DNA of 64,000 nt. It comes from Octopus bimaculoides (taxonomy: Eukaryota). The stretch lies in NCBI RefSeq assembly GCF_001194135.2, contig NC_068987.1, positions 61,951,632 to 62,015,631 on the forward strand, given 5' to 3'. Of the stretch, positions 50,501 through 60,200 are shown piece by piece. How positions within the stretch are numbered: the stretch's first letter is position 1; each line of letters starts with the position of its first letter. Made by a program: the position numbers and the translations under genes. The notes beneath the pieces are model-generated. The model saw only the letters and a program-made list of their open reading frames with translations. It was not told the origin of the DNA and did not search any database.

Positions 50501-51181
50501 TTTTTATATAATAGCTTTAATGAGAAATATTATGAAGCATTTACATTAATTACTGTTGAATTACATGGACTTAAAGTAAGAAATGTATGCTGTAGTTATA
50601 TACATTGATTAAAATTACACATGATTGATTCAGTTAATTGATCTGTTACTAAAGCAAAAAGTGTGTATACTTGTTTATTGCAGTTGCATTGTTACACCAT
50701 TTAACTATTAGTATGATTACTTTCTTGAAGATATCTGACATAATGCATACTGCAATATGGTGAATGATCTTACTTAATAAACAGACACCTTAATTCCACC
50801 AAACTCTTCAGAACTGCAAATATTCCACAGTCTAATTATTTGCTTATTGAATCCAAGAATTTAAACAAGTATACCCCCCCCCCACATACACACACAGGGA
50901 TTAACCCTTTAGCATTTCAACCAGCTATATCCAGCCCAAATATTCTACCTATTTTATTTTCAAACTGGCCAGTCCCAGCCTCTCACACCTACCCTACAAT
51001 GTCATGCTAAAAATAAACAATCATAATTCCAAAATCTCAAAGTTACAAGATAATATAGAATTAACTTTAAAGAATGCGAATAAATGAACATTACTTTTCA
51101 CAAAGAAATCTGAATACTAAAGGTTTAAGCATTGAATATATTTTAACTAATGATNNNNNNNNNNNNNNNNNNNNNNNNNNN

Positions 51182-51226
<45 letters not shown>

Positions 51227-54200
51227 ATAATACAATGTAATACAATTTTTCTGAATTATCAGATTTTTTTAAATGCTAGACCACTGGTTTTTAAATTGAA
51301 ATTAATATTCAATTTATCACCCTCAGTATATATATATATGTATGTATGTATATATATATGCATTTATTTTTTTATGTGCAGGAAACCCAAACGTATCAGT
51401 GCGCCATTTATTCCCGAAGACACAGATGTTAAACAAGAGCGAGAGAAAGTGATGTCTAATAAAACCACAGATGATATCTTAATCATAAAAAATCTAACAA
51501 AGGTAATGGAAGGAAATAATTTTTAAGTGATTTGAAAAATTACGTAGCATCAGTTTCTGTTGACTGGAATATGTTGTGGTGTTCATTCTTGTCCTAGGGT
51601 TGTTAAAAGTATATCATCAGCATCATCATCATTGTTTAACGTCCGCTTTCCATGCGAGCATGAGTTGGACGATTTGACTCAGGACTGGTGAACTGGATGG
51701 CTGCACCAGGCTCCAATCTGATCTGGCAGAGTTTCTACAGCTGGATGCCCTTCCTCACGCCAACCACTCCGAGAGTGTAGTGGGTGCTTTTATACGTACA
51801 CACACACACACACATATATTTTTATATATATATATAAGTATATATTATGTTCTGAGTTCAAACATACATACATGGGGTATTCTTCTGTAAAAGTACTTAC
51901 TATATATANNNNNNNNNNNNNNNNNNNNNNNNNNNNNNNNNNNNNNNNNNNNNNNNNNNNNNNNNNNNNNNNNNNNNNNNNNNNNNNNNNNNNNNNNNNN
52001 NNNNNNNNNNNNNNNNNNNNNNNNNNNNNNNNNNNNNNNNNNNNNNNNNNNNNNNNNNNNNNNNNNNNNNNNNNNNNNNNNNNNNNNNNNNNNNNNNNNN
52101 NNNNNNNNNNNNNNNNNNNTGTTTTAAAGAAAATTTGAAGTTAAGTTATGGACTAAACTTGCCGATGTGCTTACTGTTTGTAGTTTTGTAACTCTGGCAA
52201 TTTTATTGGTAACTATGACATACTATTGATTTCAAATTTTGGTGCAAGGCCAGCAGTTTCAGAGAAGGGGTTAAGTTGATTACACTGATTCAAGTGCTCA
52301 AGTGGTACTTATGTTATTGACCCTCAAAAGGAGGCAAAATCAACCATTGTGAAATTTGAACACTAAGCCTTTCGCCTGGTGTGCTAATGATTCTGCCCAC
52401 TCACCACCTTACTATGGCATACTATTACTTGCAGACTTGTGTTACTTGCTGCTGTATCCTAGGAAACTCGGAAACTCATCTAGATAATACAATGAAAGGA
52501 TTTGGTTTTAGTTTTACTGTTACTCAGAAAATGGAAATGGAAAATCCAGGAGTCATTAGTTGCTGTGTCCTAGAAAACTCCTCTAGATAATGCAGTGAAG
52601 GCATGTTATATATATATATAGTCTGATTTGAGTGTATTGAGGAGTCTCAAAATAATTCATATTTACTTCTTGGCTAAAACTGATAAGTTTAGTACCATCA
52701 GAAACACATAAACTCCTTTAGTGTGTGTGTGTGTGTTTTTTTAACCTTTTTCTAAAGCAGTTGACTAATTTGTAAAGGCATATGACTTAGTGGTTAGGTT
52801 GTTGCACTTGTAATCCTGAGATTGTGGTTTCACTTCCTGAATCAGGCAGTATTGATTCTTGAACAAAGGACTTCATTTCACATTGTTCCAGTTCAATCGG
52901 CTGAAAATGAGTTCCTGTAATAGCTAGAAAGTTAATCCTGCAATAGACCACTTTTACATTCGAGGGTGGAGGTGGTGGATTTGTAAAATCAGTTATTTAT
53001 ATGCGTCAGAATCCAGATTAAGTTCCTGCTTTCTGAACCCTGGGGCTCATAACAGACCTTAGTCTGAGTCTAAATCTAACTAACTTAATCACAATGGCTA
53101 TAAGATTATAAGTTCAAATTTTACTACAGTCATTGTATTATGTCTCTGAGCAATGCACATAACTAAGCTTTACAGTTAAAAGTATGAATGACATCTAGCC
53201 ATGAAAAAAAAAAGATAAAAACAACTACTCCATTAATAACACCCTTGAAAGACTGGAAGAAAAAATAATAAATGGTAAATATTAAAAGAAAACAAAAAAG
53301 TTGTAATTTAGCTATATATATATAATTGTTTATTAGAAGCTCATGTTTTATTAATTTGTCTTTCAGGTTTATACTGGTTATAGAAAGAAACAACTTGCCG
53401 TTGATCGTTTATGCATAAGTGTTCCTAAAGGACAGTGTTTTGGTCTGCTTGGAGTCAATGGTGCTGGTAAAACAACTACATTTAAGATGCTGACTGGTGA
53501 AATTAGTCCTACTTTTGGAGATGCATATATCAATGGTCATAGCATCAAAACGAATATAAACCAAGTTTACCAGAGCATAAGTTATTGTCCTCAGTTTGAT
53601 GCTTTAAATTCTTTGTTAACTGGTCGAGAACATTTGGAACTTTATGCCAGACTCCGAGGAGTGCCAGAAAAAGAAGTTAAACAGGTAAGCAACATTGTAA
53701 AAAATGTCAGTGCTGCATGTTATGTAGCTCAATGTATTAGCTATTTCAATTATAGTGTAACCTATAGCATGTTTATTGTGTTATAGTTTTCATGAAGCAA
53801 TATCTGGTTCCTTATATTTCAATATTTCAGGGTTAGGAAGACTTCTTCAGGAAATCTTAACCATCAACCTATGTTGTTTTTCTATAATTTACATTGTTTT
53901 GGTTTTTTTTTAAAAATTAAATAATAATGACTAAAAATATTTATATGGTTATTGTGGTTCAGTTAAACCACAATATTTGTTTTACTCTTAGTTATATTTA
54001 TTATTGCTAATTGAAAAATCAATCACTTCAATCAACACTATTTCACATATGTTGGTTTCAAATTTTGGCACAAGGCCAGCAATTTCAGAGGACGAGGTAA
54101 GTCGATTAAATCAACCCCTCTTCTTAACTGGCACTTATTTTATTGACCTCCAAAAAGACGAAAGGCAATGTTGGCCTCAGTGGAATCTGAACTCAGAACA

Positions 54201-57200
54201 TAAAGCTGGATGAAATGCCGCTAAGCATTTTGCCTGGCATGCTAACAATTCTGTTAGCTCACCCCCATAATAATAAAAATAATCCTTTCTACTATAGGCA
54301 CAAGGCCTGAAAGTATGGGGGAGGGGTAAGTCAATTACATCGACCTTAGTGCTCAACTGGCACTTATTTTATCAACCACAAAAGGATGAAAAGCAAAGTC
54401 AACCTCAGCGTAATTTGAACTCAGAACATAGTGGCGAATGAAATGCTACTAAGCATTTTGCCTGGTTGGCTAATGACTCTGCCAGCTCGCCACCTTATTA
54501 TTGTTAATAATAATAATAATAATAATAATCCTTTCTACTAAAGGCACAAAGCCGGAAATTTTAGGGGAGAGGACTAATCGATTACATCAACCCCAGTGTT
54601 TCACTGGTACTTAATTTATCGACCCTGTAAGAATGAAAGGCAAAATCAACCTTGGTGGAATTTGAACTCAATAATAATAATAATAATAATAATGACTGTA
54701 ATCTTTAGTCTTCCCCACTTTACTCTCTAGCTTTTCTTCATTTAAATAGTTATGTCACTGCATTATAATTTTAAACTTATTCATATCTAAAGTGTGTAAA
54801 ATTTTAGTTTGCTTTATTAGTTAGTTTAGATGTATATGTCACTTCTCAGATTTTTACCTATGAAATTTTACCTTTAACTAAAGCTGTTTATTATTATTAT
54901 TTCAGGTAGCCAACTGGGCAATATATAAATTAGATTTAACTAAATATGCTGACAGACCTTCACAGACATACTCAGGTGGAAATAAGCGGAAGTTATCAAC
55001 AGCAATTGCCTTAATTGGAAACCCAAGCATAATTTTCTTGGTAAGTAAAAATGATGATATCAATTATCTTAAATTTGTTTTTGTTTTGTTTGTTTTTGTA
55101 ACTTTTATTTTGTTGTTATATGGAACTCGAGCTCTACCCAGCAGTGTTTAAGACCCAGCCTAATTCTGACACACATGTTCACCTCACACCTTGAGGATCA
55201 CCTGTGATACCTCATCACCACTATTCACTCTGTCTGTCTGTCTGTCTCTGCCTCTCTAGCTCCCTGTCAGCTACTTCCGCCCTCTCACTTATCACCTCAT
55301 CACCACTATTCTCTCTCTCTCTCTCACTCTCTCTTTTATGATATGAGTAGACATATAGCTCCTCCACAGGAAGAAACCTAACATGTTCCCTTCTCTCGTA
55401 TCTTAACCCCACTCATTTCCTTGCATGATGCCATCTCCATCTTTACTATAGCTCCACCTCATTTGGAGGGGGATCTTAGTTTTTGCAAGCTGCATGGTGA
55501 CCTCACTTGTACGAGTGTCATGTAAAAGACACCCAGTACATGCTGTAAACTGATCAGCATTAGGAAGGGCATATACCATGGAAAATATGTTGACATTGAA
55601 ACATGATGTAGTCCTCCAATCTGTCAGTTCCTGTCAAAGTGTTCAACCCATGCCAACATGAAAGATGAAGGTTTGATGACAATAGCAATGGCAACATTCA
55701 TCTTTCCTTTTCAAATAGACATCTATTCTATTAGTAGCATTGCCATCACCTTCCATGATCCTGTCTTCTGAGGCCTAACATACCACTTCATGCCAACATG
55801 GAAGACAGATGTTTGATGACGATGATGATGACAGCATTCATTTTTCCTTTTCAAATAGACATCCATTCTAGTGGCAGCATTACCATAACATACCAGGATC
55901 CTTTTTTTTTTCTGAGGTCTAACATACCCCTTCATTTATCATTTCCACTAGTCCTTAGGCTGTCATTAATGGTTCTCATTCAACTGTAAGCATTCATGCT
56001 AATCCCCAGTTCTGTCTTACTCAAGATTTTTCCTACAGACACTGACCATAGATATTTAGTCTTGGCACCCACCTAATCAATTTCAATTAGTCTGGATGAC
56101 CCTGCAAAGGTCATAGCTATTGCTTTTTTTACTTTAACTAACTTAATAAAACCTAAATGTGAGTTAACTTCCAAATTATATTCCTAGAAGTTTACTCTTT
56201 TACTTGTTTCAGTCATTTGATTGCAGCCATGCTGGAGCACCGCCTTTAGTCGAGCAAATCGACCCCAGGACTTATTTTTTGGTAGCCTAGTACTTGTTCT
56301 GTCGGTCTCTTTTGCCGAACCGCCATCGGTTGTCATGCGATGTTGGTGGGGACGAGCAGACACACAAATATATACACACACATACATATATACCTGTGCC
56401 CAGCGTCACCTTTCTGGCACTTGTGCTCGCAGCATGTGTAAGGATTTTCGAGCGAGATTGTTGCCAGTGCCCCTGGACTGGCTCTTGTGCTGGTTGCACA
56501 TAAAATACACCATTTTGAGCATGGCCGTTGCCAATATCGCCTGACTGGCCTTTGTGCTGGTGACACGTAAAAGCACCTACTACACTCTCGGAGTGGTTGG
56601 CGTTGGGAAGGGCATCCAGCTGTAGAAACTCTGCCAAATCAGATTGGAGCCTGGTGTAGCCTTCAGGTTCCACCAGTTCTCAGTCAAATCGTCCAACCCA
56701 TGCTAGCATGGAAAGCAGACGTTAAACGATGATGATGATGATGATACGACGGGCTTCTTTCAGTTTCTGTCTACCAATTCCACTCACAAGGTTTTGGTCA
56801 GCCCGAGGCTATAGTAGAAGACACTTGCCCAAGGTGCCACGCAGTGGGACTGAACCCGGAACCATGTGGTTCGTAAGCAAGCTACTTACCACACAGCCAC
56901 TCCTGTGCCTAAAGTTTATTGAAATATAGTTGAGCAGGGCCACTCAAAACAACACTTTCAAATAAGGATGCATATAAAATTTCAGTTGGTGCAATGATTT
57001 ACAAAATGTGAAGGAGAAGTAGCACCATATTTTGGATGATTTAAATATTCATAATTGACTTTTTTATCATTTTAATAATTAGTATTTTATGGTGTGATGA
57101 TAGACTGAGTGTTTAAAAATAGCTGGAGTGATTGGGATTTTATTATTTTAGTTATTAGTTTATGGCATGAAGATAACGTGGATGTGTAAAAATAGCTGGA

Positions 57201-60200
57201 GTGGTAGGTAGCTTAATGTTTAATTTGTGAAGATAGAGTTTAACAATATAGATCAATAGTTGAATTGTATTTCTGAGTGTGTGTGTGTGTGTATGTTTTT
57301 CCATTATATAAAATAGTGAGCTATTGCATTATATAGTGAGCTGTTGTATTGAATAGTGGACTGTTATATTGTAAAGTAGAATAGATCAACTACAGTTACC
57401 TATTAATTCAAAAACATTTTCATTTCTAACTTTTTTCGCAACTATTATAGGTTTGCTGGTCTCTGTAAAGTAAAATTAGATATTTGCATGTTCTAGTGTG
57501 AGTCATTACAATAGCTTGACAGACTATTAACAAGGAGTTCTTTGTAAATTTCAAGTGTGTATGCTGTGAGAAGATATGAGTACTGAATTTTCCAGCCAAG
57601 TGCGAGAAACAGTCTGAAATGTTTAGGGTAGCAGTCTCCCCGTATGAACATTGTTAAATATCATTTGCCAATGTGGACTAATTTTCTCAGACTCTGCTTT
57701 TTTTCATTAAAAAGACTAACAATATCTATTAACTAAAAATAAAATTTTATTTATAATCATCTATAGCTTACTCTACACCCTACACAATAAAAAAACAACA
57801 ACATGAATGCATATGTAGCATGGTTTCAGGGGAGATTGAAGTGTGGTATACTTGATTTGAAAACCTGTAGGTTGGATCAATGTCTGATTAGCTTCTACTT
57901 TGCTGTAAATCTGAGAAAGATTAACTTGACCTAGTTAACACGAACTGCAATAACACTATTTATATGGCAGAACTATTTTGAACAAAAGTTGTTACATTTA
58001 TGATTACATTATCATGGTTTCAGTTTCTAGATTGGCTGTGCTTTGTGTTCTTGAGCAGAACACTTCATTTCAGATTGCTCCAGTTTGCTCAGTTGTTAAT
58101 GGGTAACACCATGACAGGCTAGCTTTCTGTTCAGAGCAGACGTTGGCCTGCTCACCTAGCCAGCAGGGTGGTCTCATGTGAAAGGTATAACAATGCAGGG
58201 AAACACATTGTGACTAGCGGTGTACATCTGATTGTCTGATCAATACAGTGAAACAGTGATTACTAAATTAATGGTTTCAAATTTTGGCATAAGGCTAGCA
58301 ATTTTGGAGAGGGGAAAGTCAATTACATCGCCCCCAGTACTCAACTGGTATTTATTTTATCATCTCCAAAAGGATGAAAGGCAAAGTCAATCCTGGCAGA
58401 ATTTAAACTCAGAATGTAAAGACAGACAAAATGCCACTAAGCATTTTGCCTGGCGAAATAACAATTCTGCCTGCTGGTACCACCTTAGTGATTATTAAAT
58501 TAATAGAAATTAATTTATAAAGTAAAGGAATAGCATAGATTGGCGATGGAGTTTTAATTAATGGAGTGTCAGGTTTGTTTGAGTCATTTCAGTAACATGC
58601 TTAATTCTTTTACCTGTGATTTTTGGTGATAGTAGCTTAGAGTAGAAGACCGATTGTATTGTCATTGTTATTAGTAGGTAGGGGGCTCCAAAAGGAGTCT
58701 CAGGGTGTAGCGTCCCTGCCTTCCTGAGCTAGTTTTCCACCACATTTTTTTAAAATTGTAGTAGAGGCCTTGGTCTCAAGACCACTCATGTTTAGAAACT
58801 GGGGTTGGGGGTAAGCAAGGGCATGCTCCCCATAGAAAATCCAGCTCCAAAAAAGCCTCTTGATAGCAAAGGAGAATGAGCACCAACCAGCCCAAAGGTT
58901 GGGGTGAGCTGCACCTGCCTACCTCAGTTGCTATGGTATTGAGGCAGATCCAGCCACTCCCGTAAATGGAGACAAAACCCAGATTTAAAACACTGGAGGA
59001 GGAGGAGGAGGAGAATTAGTGACAAAGTCTTCATAAAGGACTAATGACTCATTCAAACTCATGGAGCATTTTCATTTTGATTAATGAATTTATTATTCTT
59101 CTGCTTAATTGAGTAATGTCATTCAGTTTATAAAAATGAAAAATAAGGGTTGTTTTAAAGTTTGAGGAAAAGTTATATAAACATTTGTATTAAATAAAAA
59201 AAAATGTTTAATGTTGGAAAAGAAAATTCTAAAATAAACTGACCATGTTAATTATTTGAAGGATGAACCAACTTCTGGAATGGACCCTAAAGCCCGGAGA
59301 TATTTGTGGAATTGCATCAACAGTCTAGTAAAAAGTGGACGATCTATAATTTTAACGTCACACAGGTATTTATTATTCTTTCATTAATGTCATATGAGTC
59401 ATCATCATCATCATGATTGTTATCTTCATTTTAACATCCTTTTTTCTAGGCTTGCATGGGTCTGGCAGAATTTGTTGGGACAGATTTTATTCAGCAGATG
59501 CCTTTTGCTCTTATTGTTGTCAACCCTCATCTGTTTCTAAGCAAGGGAGTATTTCCTCATGGCCAAACATGTTTTCACTGAAAGCAAGAAATAAAGGACT
59601 CTGTATGTCAGTAACACTTGTTCATAACTACCCCATGTTGTCAAGATAAGGAGGCATACATATTCGCTCTCACACATACATGCATATACAAAAAAATTCA
59701 TTCAATTTCAGTCTATCAAATCCATTGGTTGGCCTGGGGGTATTGTAGAAGACAGTTATCCAAGGTGCCATGCAATAGGACTGAACCTGAAACTATGTGC
59801 TTAGCAAATAAACTTCTTAACAACACAGTAATGTTGTACCTATTGATGTAAGCATGAAAGTGGGTAACAATTTGAATATTGCTGTTTTATATTGGTGCAG
59901 CATCACAAATGTTGTTGTAGAGTAACATCAATAATTGAACTAGCACCAGTTGATGCTTAATTTATTAACCTGTGAGGAAAGACAAAGCTGACTTTAGCAG
60001 AATTTGAACTCAGAATGGGGTTAAAATTATTAACTGTGAAGAATATTTGAGAACATTGAACTGTTTCAGTACTGAACCACTGAGGCTATTGCAAATTTTC
60101 TTAAGATGTCTGCAGGTATCCATAGCAGTAGAATATTGTTTTATATAACCCATAAATGTTTAGAAAAGTTTAAATTATCATTACAATCCATCATCATCAT

